A DNA stretch of 64,000 bases. Origin: an uncultured Acidobacteriota bacterium. Lineage in GTDB: Bacteria > Acidobacteriota > Thermoanaerobaculia > UBA5066 > Gp7-AA6. The notes beneath the pieces were generated by a model. That model was not told the origin of the DNA. It made no database searches and saw only the letters and a list, made by a program, of their open reading frames with translations. The translations under genes and the position numbers were made by a program. The DNA lies in the NCBI GenBank assembly GCA_963810205.1, contig CAWEMP010000013.1, positions 14,573 through 78,572 on the forward strand, given 5' to 3'. The stretch's first letter is position 1, and every line of letters starts with the position of its first letter. This document shows, in pieces, positions 50,393 to 59,661 of this stretch.

Positions 50393-50640
50393 ATGAGCGC
50401 CGGCGAGCGCCCGTACATCACTACTTCCTCTACCTCTATCTCGAGGGCGAGCTGCCCGAGGACCGCCGCCGCGAGTTCGAGCGCCACCTCGGGGTCTGCG
50501 ATCCGTGCCGGTACATCCGCCAGTACCGCGAGTCGATCGAGCTGGGCCGGGCGGCCTTCCGCGGCGACGACCTTCCGCGGACGAGGCGGCCCCCGAGGAG
50601 CTCGTCCAGGCCATCCTGCGCGCACGGATGAAGGGGTAGG
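50393..50640 (+). CDS. Possible zf-HC2 anti-sigma-factor-like small protein (H-x3-C-x2-C); frameshifted
   Basis: HHYFLYLYLEGELPEDRRREFERHLGVCDPCR in a frame offset from the ATG. Very tentative. Confidence 0.3.
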
Positions 50641-50680
50641 TTGGCCCGTTCCGTACGCGAGCGTGGATAGAATTCGGGCC

Positions 50681-51684
50681 ATGCCGATCGATCGCCGGAC
50701 CCTCCTGTCCCTGGCCGCCGCCTCGCTCGCACACTCCGGGTTCACATCCGCGCGGCCGGGCCCGACGAAGACCTCCGAGGTCAAGACCGCCGGGATCCGC
50801 CTGATCCCGGTCGACGGCAGGTACAAGGTCTGGACGAAGAAGCTCGGCAAGGGCCCCATCCAGATGCTCACGCTTCACGGCGGGCCGGGCGTCACCCACG
50901 AATACTTCGAGTGCTTCGAGGACTTTCTTCCGCAGGCTGGCGTCGAGTTCTACTACTACGACCAGCTCGGCTCCTTCTACTCCGACCAGCCCGACGACCC
51001 GTCCCTCTGGACGATCGACCGTTTTCGCGAGGAGGTCGAGCAGGTGCGCGCGGCACTCGGCCTGGAGAACTTCATACCTCTACGGCCAGTCATGGGGCAG
51101 CATGCTCGCGATCGAGTACGCGCTGAAGTACCAGAAGCACCTGAAGGGCCTGGTGCTCTCGAGCATGACGGCCTCGATCCCGTCCTACATGGCCTACGTC
51201 GCGAAGCTCCGCGCCGCGTTGCCGAAGCCGATGCTCGCCACACTCGAGAAGTACGAAGCCGAGGGCAAGTACGACGCGCCCGAGTACCAGGAAGCGATGT
51301 ACGAGGGCGTCTACAAGCGCCACGTCTGCCGTCTCGACCCGTGGCCGGATCCCGTGGCGCGCGCCTTCAAGCACATCAACAACCAGGTCTACGGAACGAT
51401 GCAGGGACCCAACGAATTCGTCGTGACCGGGACCTTCAAGGACTGGGACCGCTGGAACGACCTCGCGAAGATCAAGGTTCCCGACGCTCGTCGTCGGCGC
51501 GACGTACGACGAGATGAACCCGGACGACATTCGCCGGATGGGGACGCTCTTGCCGCGCTCCCGGGTCGCGATCTGCGAGAACGGCAGCCATCTGGCCATG
51601 TGGGACGACCAGGAAGCCTACTTCCGGCATCTCGTGGCTTTCCTGCAGGACGTCCAGGCCGGCCGGTTCCCGTCCCGGGCTTAA
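50681..51684 (+). CDS. Proline iminopeptidase-like alpha/beta hydrolase (S33) with Tat signal; 2 frameshifts
   Basis: MPIDRRTLLSLAAAS..., LTLHGGPGV, GQSWG nucleophile elbow. C-terminus in a third frame. Confidence 0.7.
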
Positions 51685-52008
51685 CCATTTCTTGAGAATC
51701 GCGGGGCTGGGGCGCACGAAACCTCTGCCGACCGGGTGCATCGAAGCGTCGTGAGATCCGACTCCGGGGGTACCCGCGTACTCCGCGGGAGACCGGGGGG
51801 GCCCCGGCTCCCATTCCGGGTGCGGGGCGAGGGCGCCGGAGACCCGGGGGATGTGCCGGGCGCGCTTTCCGGCGATAGAATTTGCGGCTCGAGTCGCTCG
51901 AGTCGCTCGAGCGACGCGATCCGGAAAAACGAGGGTATCTCGCGGTAGCCATGTCGGCTGCAGCGGTGGTGGGTGGAACCCCGAAACGGGGAGCGAAAGG
52001 AGACAGGG

Positions 52009-52428
52009 ATGAAGAAGGGCGATCTGACGGTGAAGGCGATCGGTCTCGCGGTGGCCGGTGTTCTCGCGGGCTCGCAGCTGCTCTCGGCTCTGCCGAAGAA
52101 CGAGTCGAAGGCCGGCGGCAAGAACGGCAACGCGAGCCAGGACGCCAAGGACAAGACGGCCGCTTCCTCCGACAAGCACGTCTGCAAGGGCATGAACTCG
52201 TGCAAGGGGAAGGGCGGTTGTAAGAGCGGCGACGCCGGCTGCGCGGGCAAGAACTCCTGCAAGGGCAAGGGCGGCTGCGCTTCGGCCGACATGAAGCACT
52301 CCTGCAAGGGCATGAACGCGTGCAAGGGCCAGGGCGGCTGCAAGAGCGGCGAGAACGGCTGCGCCGGCAAGAACTCCTGCAAGGGCAAGGGCGGCTGCGC
52401 GGTTCCGGTCGCGAAGAAGGCGGCCTAG
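52009..52428 (+). CDS. Cys-rich RiPP precursor candidate: Sec signal peptide plus two near-identical 6-Cys modules (12 Cys), bufferin/BUF_6/12Cys-like
   Basis: AAAGGAGACAGGG RBS. MKKGDLTVKAIGLAVAGVLAGSQLLSALP. Modules HVCKGMNSCKGKGGCKSGDAGCAGKNSCKGKGGCA and HSCKGMNACKGQGGCKSGENGCAGKNSCKGKGGCA. Confidence 0.7.
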   Translation: MKKGDLTVKAIGLAVAGVLAGSQLLSALPKNESKAGGKNGNASQDAKDKTAASSDKHVCKGMNSCKGKGGCKSGDAGCAGKNSCKGKGGCASADMKHSCKGMNACKGQGGCKSGENGCAGKNSCKGKGGCAVPVAKKAA

Positions 52429-52445
52429 TTTCATCGTCAGAAGAC

Positions 52446-52478
52446 GGGGGGACGCGGCCAGACCGCGCCCCCCGTTTT
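52446..52478 (+). terminator. GC-rich hairpin plus short U-tract between precursor and MNIO gene (putative attenuator/partial terminator)
   Basis: ggggggacgcgg ccagac cgcgcccccc gtttt. Confidence 0.4.
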
Positions 52479-52502
52479 GATTTCCCGAGACCCGAAGACA
52501 CC

Positions 52503-53363
52503 TTGAGACCCGAGAACCGAAACCGCTGGAGCTTCCCCGACCTCGGCGTCGGCGTGGGCCTGCGCACGGTCCACTACGCGCACATCCTCGAGCAGAAGCC
52601 CGAGGTCGATTTCTTCGAGGTTCTGTCGGAGAACTACCTCGACACGGGCGGCCGGCCCGCCTGGGTGCTCGACCAGGTCGCCGAACGGTACCCCGTCGTT
52701 CTGCACGGCGTTTCGATGTCGATCGGCTCGACCGATCCGCTCGACCGCGCCTACCTCTCGAAACTGAAAGCCCTCGCCGCCCGCACCCGCGCCCTCTGGG
52801 TTTCGGACCATCTGTGCTGGACCGGCGTTTCCGGACGGAATACCCACGACCTGCTCCCGATGCCGCTGACCGAGGAGGCGCTCGCGCACGTCGTCGCCCG
52901 CGTGAAGATCGTGTCGGACATCCTCGAGCGGCCGCTGATCCTCGAGAACGCCTCGACGTACGCGGAGTTCGCCGCGTCGAGCATGACGGAGTGGGAGTTC
53001 TTCGGCCGGCTGATGGAGGAGGCGGACTGCGGGATGCTCCTCGACGTCAACAACGTCTACGTCAGCGCCTTCAACCACGGATTCGACCCGAAGGCCTACC
53101 TCGACGCGATCGATCCGTCGCGCGTGGCGCAGTACCACCTCGCGGGCCACACGAACAAGGGAACGCACATCCTCGACACGCACAGCGACCACGCCATCCC
53201 GGAGGTCTGGGAGCTCTACCGCCGCTCGGTCGCGCGCACGGGCAACGTGGCCACGCTGTTCGAGTGGGACGGCGACATCCCGGCCTTCGAGGTGGTGCAC
53301 GCCGAAGCCCTGAAGGCCCGGAAGTTCCGGGACGAGGAGAACAAGGTTGCCGCGGCCTCTTGA
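52503..53363 (+). CDS. DUF692/UPF0276 enzyme = multinuclear non-haem iron oxidase (MNIO; MbnB/BufB-like)
   Basis: GVGLR...DFFEVLSENY...HGVSMSIGS...SDHLCW...LENASTY...LLDVNNVYVSAFNHG...YHLAGH...LFEWD. TTG start is inferred. Confidence 0.8.
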   Translation: MRPENRNRWSFPDLGVGVGLRTVHYAHILEQKPEVDFFEVLSENYLDTGGRPAWVLDQVAERYPVVLHGVSMSIGSTDPLDRAYLSKLKALAARTRALWVSDHLCWTGVSGRNTHDLLPMPLTEEALAHVVARVKIVSDILERPLILENASTYAEFAASSMTEWEFFGRLMEEADCGMLLDVNNVYVSAFNHGFDPKAYLDAIDPSRVAQYHLAGHTNKGTHILDTHSDHAIPEVWELYRRSVARTGNVATLFEWDGDIPAFEVVHAEALKARKFRDEENKVAAAS

Positions 53364-54198
53364 GCTGCCGCTTCCGCGCCTCCAGCGCTGGATGCAGGCG
53401 GTCATCGAGCAGCCCGGAACGGCGGAGGAAGCCGTCGCGGCCGAGGCGGCGCGGGCCGAGCTCGATCCCGCGTCGATCGCCGGCGTGATCCTCCCGTCGA
53501 AGACACTGTCGCCGGTCGAGCGAATCGGCGTCTACCAGGGCATGTACCTGCTGCGGATGGTCGAGGCGCTCGAAAACGATTTCCCGGCCGTCGCGCACTT
53601 CCTCGGGGCCGAGCGCTTCGCGGAGCTCGTCACGCGATACGTCGCGGCTCATCCGTCGAGGAGCTACACGTTCAACCGCCTGGGCGACAGTTTCCCCGGG
53701 TTCATTAGGACGTCGTACAGGGTCCGCCGGAAGGCCTTCGTCGCCGAGCTCGCGCGCCTCGAGAGTCTGGTGACCGAGGTGTTCGACGCGCCGCCGTCGC
53801 CAGCCTGGCCCGCCGAGGAGATCGCGGAGATCCCGGAAGCGGCCTGGCCGGGCGCCGTGCTCGTGCCGTCGGCGGCCCTGCGGGTCGGGTCGTTCGCCTA
53901 CCCGGTCAACGCCTACCTGCAGTCGGTCAAGGACGAGAACCACGACCATCCGGCGACCGGCCGGCAACCCACGTGGATCGCGGTTTATCGGAAGAACTAC
54001 GAGGTCTGGCGGCTCGATCTCTCGAAGCCGGCCCACGACTTCCTCGCCGCCCTCGTGAAGGGCCGGCCGTTCGGCAAGGCCGTCGTCGCGGCCACACGCG
54101 GGCTCCAGGGCGCGCCTGGCGAGCCGCTCTTCCGCTGGCTGCGCGACTGGGTGGCCGAGGGCTTCTTCCAGAGCGTCGTCCTCCCGACTCCTCGCTGA
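53347..54198 (+). CDS. DUF2063 protein (MbnC/BufC-like MNIO partner)
   Basis: Overlaps the MNIO gene by 17 nt. N-terminal LQRWMQAVI motif region. 283 aa. Confidence 0.75.
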   Translation: MPRPLELPLPRLQRWMQAVIEQPGTAEEAVAAEAARAELDPASIAGVILPSKTLSPVERIGVYQGMYLLRMVEALENDFPAVAHFLGAERFAELVTRYVAAHPSRSYTFNRLGDSFPGFIRTSYRVRRKAFVAELARLESLVTEVFDAPPSPAWPAEEIAEIPEAAWPGAVLVPSAALRVGSFAYPVNAYLQSVKDENHDHPATGRQPTWIAVYRKNYEVWRLDLSKPAHDFLAALVKGRPFGKAVVAATRGLQGAPGEPLFRWLRDWVAEGFFQSVVLPTPR

Positions 54199-54225
54199 GG
54201 AGCGCCCGCCTATAATCCCGGCCGC

Positions 54226-56520
54226 GTGCTTCCGGACTCGGGAATTCTTTCGCTGTCGAACGGGCGCAGGTGGCTCGCCCTCGGCGCGCTCTTCGCCCTC
54301 CAGCGCGCGCTCGCTCTCGCCGGCACACCCGCGAACGCGGCGCGCTTCGTCGCGATCCTGGCTCTCGGTCTCGCCTGCGCCGGGTCGGCGCTCGCGTTCG
54401 AAGGCCGCGTCGTCCTGAAGGGGTCCCTCGACCCGGTCGTCGGCGCGGAGGTCGTGGTCCTCGGGTCCAACGTCACGCAGATCACCGGCCCCGGGGGCTT
54501 CTTCCGCTGGGAGCCGACGCCCGTCGCGCCCTTCGAGGTTCTCGTCGTGCTGCCGGGCGGCCGTTACATGCGGCCGTTCACCGTCGCGAGCCTTCCCGCC
54601 GACGGCCCGGTGACGATCACCGTGGAGCCGATCGCCGAAGAGAGCGTGCTCGTGACGGCCGGAGCGGCGCCGACGATCGAGGCGACGCCGGTCAACGGGA
54701 CGACCATCGTCCCGAAACAGGACATCGAGTCGCGCCAGCCGTTCAACCTGACGCAGTCGGTGGAGAACGTGGCGGGCGTGTCGTCGGTTTCGGAGGGCCA
54801 GGCGGCGGTCCCGGCGATTCGCGGCCTCGCGCGCGGGAGGAGCCTCATCCTCCTCGACGGCGCGCGGGTGTCGTCGGAGCGGCGCGTAGGCCCGAGCGCG
54901 ACGTACGTCGACCCGTTCGTGCTCGATGGCGTCGAAGTGGCGCGCGGTCCGGGCTCGGTGGCCTACGGGTCGGACGCGTTCGGCGGCGTGATCGCGGCGC
55001 GCACGCTCGCCGTGGCGCCCGGCGGGCCGCTCCACGTCGAGGCGACCGGCGACTACGGCGTCGGAATCCCGGGCGGCAGCGTCGGCGCCTCGGTCTCCTC
55101 GCCTCTCGGCGCGGACGGGGGCATCCTCGTCGCCGGGCACTACCGCTCCTACGGGAACTGGGACAGCCCCGACGGCGAGGTGATCAACTCGGGCTTCCGC
55201 GACAGCGGCGTGCTCGTGCGCGCTTCCTACCTGCTGGGTCCCGGGACTCTGACCGCGGGCTGGCAGGGCGACTACGGCCGGGACATCGACCGTCCGCGCA
55301 ACAACTCGGACGTCGTGCGCTTCTTCTATCCCGAGGAGAACTCGAGCCGGTTCACGCTGTCGTACGACAGCCAGCCGTTCGCCGGGTTCTCGCGCGTCGG
55401 CTTCGTCGGGCTCATCGGCTCCTACGACCAGATCACGGACCAGTACCGGTACGCGACGCCGGCGACGGTCGCGTCGGTCGAGCGGGCCGACGTCTCGGCC
55501 AACGACTTCCAGGCCCGCGGCTTCGCGGAGCGGTTCTTCGGCCCCGTGCGGGTCGAGCTCGGAGTCGACGTCAACGGCCGCTACGACCTGCACGCCCTCG
55601 ACGTCGCCGTCCGGTACACGGACCCGATCGAAGAGCGGGTCAACGTGTCCGTCGACGACGCGCACCGCACGGACGCCGCCGGTTACCTGACGGCGGAGGC
55701 GGCGCTTCTGAAGCAGCTGACGCTCTCCGGCGGCGTGCGCTACGACAGCGTGACGACGGTCAACCAGGGCGGCTACTTCGGCGACCAGTCCACTTCGAAC
55801 GGCGCCGTGTCGGGCTCGGTCGCGCTGACCGCGGGCTCCTTCGGCGGTTTCTCCGCGACCGGGCAGTTCTCGCACGGGTTCCGCGATCCGGTCTTGTCGG
55901 ACCGGTACTTTCGAGGCCCTTCGGGCCGCGGTTTCATCACCGGCAACCCGGATCTCGAGCCGGAGACGGCGGACCAGTGGGACGTCGCCCTGCGCTACAA
56001 CGGATCCGGCTTCCGCACGGCGTTCTACATGTACGACTACACGATCACGAACCTCATCGAGCGGTACGCGGGCGAGCTCCCGGACGACTTCTTCTTCCGC
56101 AACCGGGGCGAAGCCCACCTGCAGGGGCTCGAGCTCGAGGTGCAGGTGGACCTTCCCGAGGGATTCGCCGTGGCGCTGGCCGGGCAGATCGAGCGCGGCG
56201 TCACCGTGGACGACGACCGGCCGATCGACGACATACCGCCGGAGTCGCTGAATCTCCAGCTGCGCAAGGCCTTCGGGCCGGCGTTCGTCCAGGCGCGCGG
56301 CGTCGTATACGCGGGCGACGCCAACCCCGGGCCCAACGAGCGGGCGAGGCCGGGCTACGGGTTGCTCGACCTCGGCGGCGGGTACCGCTTCGCGGAGCAC
56401 TTCGAGCTCCAGGCGTACGTGCGGAACGTGCTCGACAAGCTCTACCTGGTCAGTCCCGACGCGCGCGCCGTGCCGGCGCCGGGGATCTCGGCGACGTTCA
56501 CGGGCTTCGTTCGGTTCTAG
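54226..56520 (+). CDS. TonB-dependent outer-membrane receptor with N-terminal carboxypeptidase-regulatory-like domain
   Basis: Plug region (IRGLARGRSLILLDGARV), a 22-strand barrel, terminal F. Confidence 0.85.
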   Translation: MLPDSGILSLSNGRRWLALGALFALQRALALAGTPANAARFVAILALGLACAGSALAFEGRVVLKGSLDPVVGAEVVVLGSNVTQITGPGGFFRWEPTPVAPFEVLVVLPGGRYMRPFTVASLPADGPVTITVEPIAEESVLVTAGAAPTIEATPVNGTTIVPKQDIESRQPFNLTQSVENVAGVSSVSEGQAAVPAIRGLARGRSLILLDGARVSSERRVGPSATYVDPFVLDGVEVARGPGSVAYGSDAFGGVIAARTLAVAPGGPLHVEATGDYGVGIPGGSVGASVSSPLGADGGILVAGHYRSYGNWDSPDGEVINSGFRDSGVLVRASYLLGPGTLTAGWQGDYGRDIDRPRNNSDVVRFFYPEENSSRFTLSYDSQPFAGFSRVGFVGLIGSYDQITDQYRYATPATVASVERADVSANDFQARGFAERFFGPVRVELGVDVNGRYDLHALDVAVRYTDPIEERVNVSVDDAHRTDAAGYLTAEAALLKQLTLSGGVRYDSVTTVNQGGYFGDQSTSNGAVSGSVALTAGSFGGFSATGQFSHGFRDPVLSDRYFRGPSGRGFITGNPDLEPETADQWDVALRYNGSGFRTAFYMYDYTITNLIERYAGELPDDFFFRNRGEAHLQGLELEVQVDLPEGFAVALAGQIERGVTVDDDRPIDDIPPESLNLQLRKAFGPAFVQARGVVYAGDANPGPNERARPGYGLLDLGGGYRFAEHFELQAYVRNVLDKLYLVSPDARAVPAPGISATFTGFVRF

Positions 56521-56562
56521 GACGGCCGGGCGCGGGAAGTCAGGAGCCCGGAGGCAACGATC

Positions 56563-57655
56563 GGGGTCAGCCCTGAAGGTCTGACGATTGGGGTCTGACC
56601 TGAAAGTCTGAAGGTTCGTGCCCGAGCGCGGACGCGACCCGCTCGACGCGTCTTGCGAGAGCCGGATCGCGAACCATCGCCCTCTCCAGCCGGCGCAGGC
56701 CGTGGGCGAACGCGGATTCGTCTCGCCCGAAGCAGCCGGCCAGCGCAGCAGCCGCGATCCCATGGTCCCGCCGCCCGACATAAGCGGTGATCAGACGTGC
56801 CTGTGACTCCGCTCGGCCCTGCGACGGCCCCTTCAGCCAACCGAGCGAGAAGCCCTGCAGCGTGCATGCTGCAGTCGCGAATGTCGACGGCGTCCAGCGG
56901 CTCTCCTTTGGCAAGGCCAACCGCGCCTCGTGCAACGAGCGCCGCGCGAACTCCTCCCCACCCTTGACGACGCGCCCGAGCGGTTCGACGTCGTCGTAGG
57001 ATTCAGGCTCGGCGGATCCCATCCAGTGCCGATACGCCGCGCGCGCTCGTGGCCGAGTCGACGCGAGCCGCTGCAGCACGAAATCGACATCGAGCCAGCT
57101 CGGTCCTCCTCCCTCGCGGTACCACCGATCGCTTGACCAGGGGAAGACCTCGGGTCGGTCCACGATCCCGGCCTTGACCGGATTGAGGTGAATGTACCGG
57201 ACGAGCGTCGCCAGGTAGCGCTCATGCTCCACGAGGAAGGCCTTGTACCGGCCCTGAAAGAGATGGCCGACGCGATCGTGCCGGACGTTGAACTTCTGGC
57301 TGTAGTAGAAATGCAGCGCCAGCATGACCTTCGAGAGGAGGACGGGACCTCGCTCGATCGCCAGATGGACGTGGTTCGGCATGAGGCAATAGGCGAGCAC
57401 GCCGAACCCATATCGATCGCGGCATTCGGCGAGTCGCGAGAGGTACAGTCGCCGATCTGCGTCGTCGCGGAAGAGGTCACGCCGCTCGTTTCCGCGGGCG
57501 ATGACGTGATAAACGCCCCCGGCGATCTCGACTCGCGGCGCGCGCGACATCGCTTCCGATTTCGCTCCTCTATCCCTACTATTGTCGCAAGCGGGCCCTG
57601 AAGTGTCATACCTTCAGGGCTGACCCCAAGTGTCAGACTTTCAGGGCTGACCCCC
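56563..57655. mobile_element. REP-associated tyrosine transposase (RAYT) unit flanked by inverted doublets of REP-like hairpin sequences
   Basis: Left GGGGTCAGCCCTGAAGGTCTGAC and GGGGTCTGACCTGAAAGTCTGAAGG. Right GTCATACCTTCAGGGCTGACCCC and GTCAGACTTTCAGGGCTGACCCCC (reverse complements, 1 mismatch). Confidence 0.7.
56567..57550 (-). CDS. tnpA: IS200/IS605-like Y1 (HuH) transposase, REP-associated (RAYT/TnpA_REP)
   Basis: VYHVIARGNERRDLF...LMPNHVHLAIE...HLFQGRYKA (HuH and catalytic Y). The ORF tail reads into the REP. Confidence 0.8.
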   Translation of the reverse strand: MSRAPRVEIAGGVYHVIARGNERRDLFRDDADRRLYLSRLAECRDRYGFGVLAYCLMPNHVHLAIERGPVLLSKVMLALHFYYSQKFNVRHDRVGHLFQGRYKAFLVEHERYLATLVRYIHLNPVKAGIVDRPEVFPWSSDRWYREGGGPSWLDVDFVLQRLASTRPRARAAYRHWMGSAEPESYDDVEPLGRVVKGGEEFARRSLHEARLALPKESRWTPSTFATAACTLQGFSLGWLKGPSQGRAESQARLITAYVGRRDHGIAAAALAGCFGRDESAFAHGLRRLERAMVRDPALARRVERVASALGHEPSDFQVRPQSSDLQG

Positions 57656-57680
57656 ATCGGGGAAAGGATAGCCTCTGCCC

Positions 57681-59661
57681 GTGAGAGACGCCCTGACGCG
57701 GGAGTGGCTCGAAGCGGACGGGCTCGGCGGCTTCGCCTCGGGGACGGTCGCGGGGATCCGGACCCGCCGGTATCACGCGCTCCTCCTGACCGCGACGACG
57801 CCGCCGACGGGACGCGTCGTGCTCGTGAACGGGTTCGACGCCTGGGTCACGACCTCCGCAGGCCGCTACGCCATCACGTCGCAGTCCTACGGGCCGGATG
57901 TGACCTACCCGGACGGTGGCTCCCGCGCCGACGCCTTCACGCTCGAGCCCTGGCCGCGCTGGACGTTCACGCTCCCGGACGGGACGCGCGTCGCACAGGA
58001 GATCTTCGTGCCGAAGGGCGCCTCGGCCGCGGCCGTTGCCTGGAAGCTCGTCTCCGGGACGGGCGCCGTGGCCCTCGAGGTCCGGCCGTTTCTTTCCGGG
58101 CGCGATTACCACTCCCTCCATCACGAGAACCCGTCCTTTCACTTCGAGGCCGCGGCGGCCGGCGACGGGAGCCTGCGCTTCCAGACGTACGCGGACCTTC
58201 CCGCGATCGCGATGCGTGCCAACGGCACATGGGCGCCCGGGCCCGAGTGGTACCGCAACTTCGTCTATGCCGAGGAGCGCGCCCGCGGTCTCGACTTCGC
58301 GGAAGACCTCGCGTCGCCGGGAACGCTCCGCTTCGACCTTTCCCGCGGCGAGGGGATCTGGCTCATGGCGGCGGAGGGGCACGAGGCGGCCCTCGGCACG
58401 GACAGCCCCGAGGCCGCCCTCGAGGCACTCCGCACCGCCGAGCGCGCGCGCCGCGCCGCCTTCGCCACGGGGCTCGAGCGCTCCGCCGACGCCTATCTCG
58501 TCCGCCGCGGCCAGGGGAAGACCGTCGTCGCCGGCTACCCATGGTTCACCGATTGGGGCCGCGACACTTTCATCGCCCTGCGCGGACTGTGTCTGGCCAC
58601 CGGCCGCCTCGACGAGGCGGGCGAGATCCTCGTCCAGTGGGCGGGCGCCGTCTCGGAGGGCATGCTGCCGAATCTCTTTCCGGACGGAAAGGTTCAGCCG
58701 GAGTTCAACTCCGTCGACGCCTCCCTCTGGTATCTCGTCGTCATGGCCGAGTACTTCCAGGCCCGCGCCGCCGCGGGCCGCCGCGTCGCGGGGGCCGAAC
58801 GGCAGAAGCTGCAGACCGCCTTCGGCGAGATCCTCTACGGGCTACGCGACGGGAACGCGCTACGGGATCCGCGCCGACTCGGATGGACTGCTCGCCGCGG
58901 GCGAGCCGGGCGTGCAGTTGACGTGGATGGACGCGAAAGTCGGCGACTGGGTCGTCACGCCGCGCATCGGAAAGCCCGTCGAGATCCAGGCCCTCTGGAT
59001 CAACGCTCTCAAGATCGCCGACGCCTTCACCGACGCTTTCCGCGGTCTCCTCGCGAAGGCCACCGAGTCCTTCGAGAAGCGCTTCTGGAACGAGGCCGAA
59101 GGCTGCCTCCACGACGTCGTCGACGTCGACCACCGTCCCGGTACCGCCGACCCGACCCTGCGGCCGAACCAGGTTTTCGCCGTCGGCGGACTGCCCGTTC
59201 CGCTCGTGACGGGAGAGCGCGCGCGGCGGATCGTCGACGCCGTGGAGTCTCGGCTCGCGACGCCATTGGGCCTTCGCACCCTCCCGCCGGGACACCCGGA
59301 CTACCACCCCCGCTACGTCGGCGGCCCACTCGAGCGCGACGGCGCCTACCACCAGGGCACCGTCTGGCCGTACCTGCAGGGCGCATTCGTCGACGCCTGG
59401 GTCCGCGTGCGCGGGGGAGGCGCGGACGTCGTCCGTCAGGCCCGCGAGCGGTTCCTCGCTCCGCTCCTCGCCCACCTCGACGAGGCGGGCGTCGGCCACG
59501 TCTCCGAGATCGCGGACGCCGACCCGCCCCACACGCCCCGCGGCTGCCCCTTCCAGGCCTGGTCGCTCGGCGAGCTCCTGCGTCTCGACCGGGTGATCCT
59601 GGCCCTCCCGCTCGGCGCCCGACACGCCGGGCGCGGGGCGGCATCCAAGGTCCGGGCATGA
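57681..59661 (+). CDS. Glycogen-debranching-enzyme-like (amylo-alpha-1,6-glucosidase family) protein; 1 frameshift near 58860
   Basis: [30 protein letters not shown]-domain. The C-terminal catalytic (alpha/alpha)6 region is in the 57916..59661 frame. Confidence 0.7.

Noticed and set aside
53071-56781. 1236-aa minus-strand ORF
   Set aside because: Antisense to the TonB-dependent receptor and DUF2063 genes.
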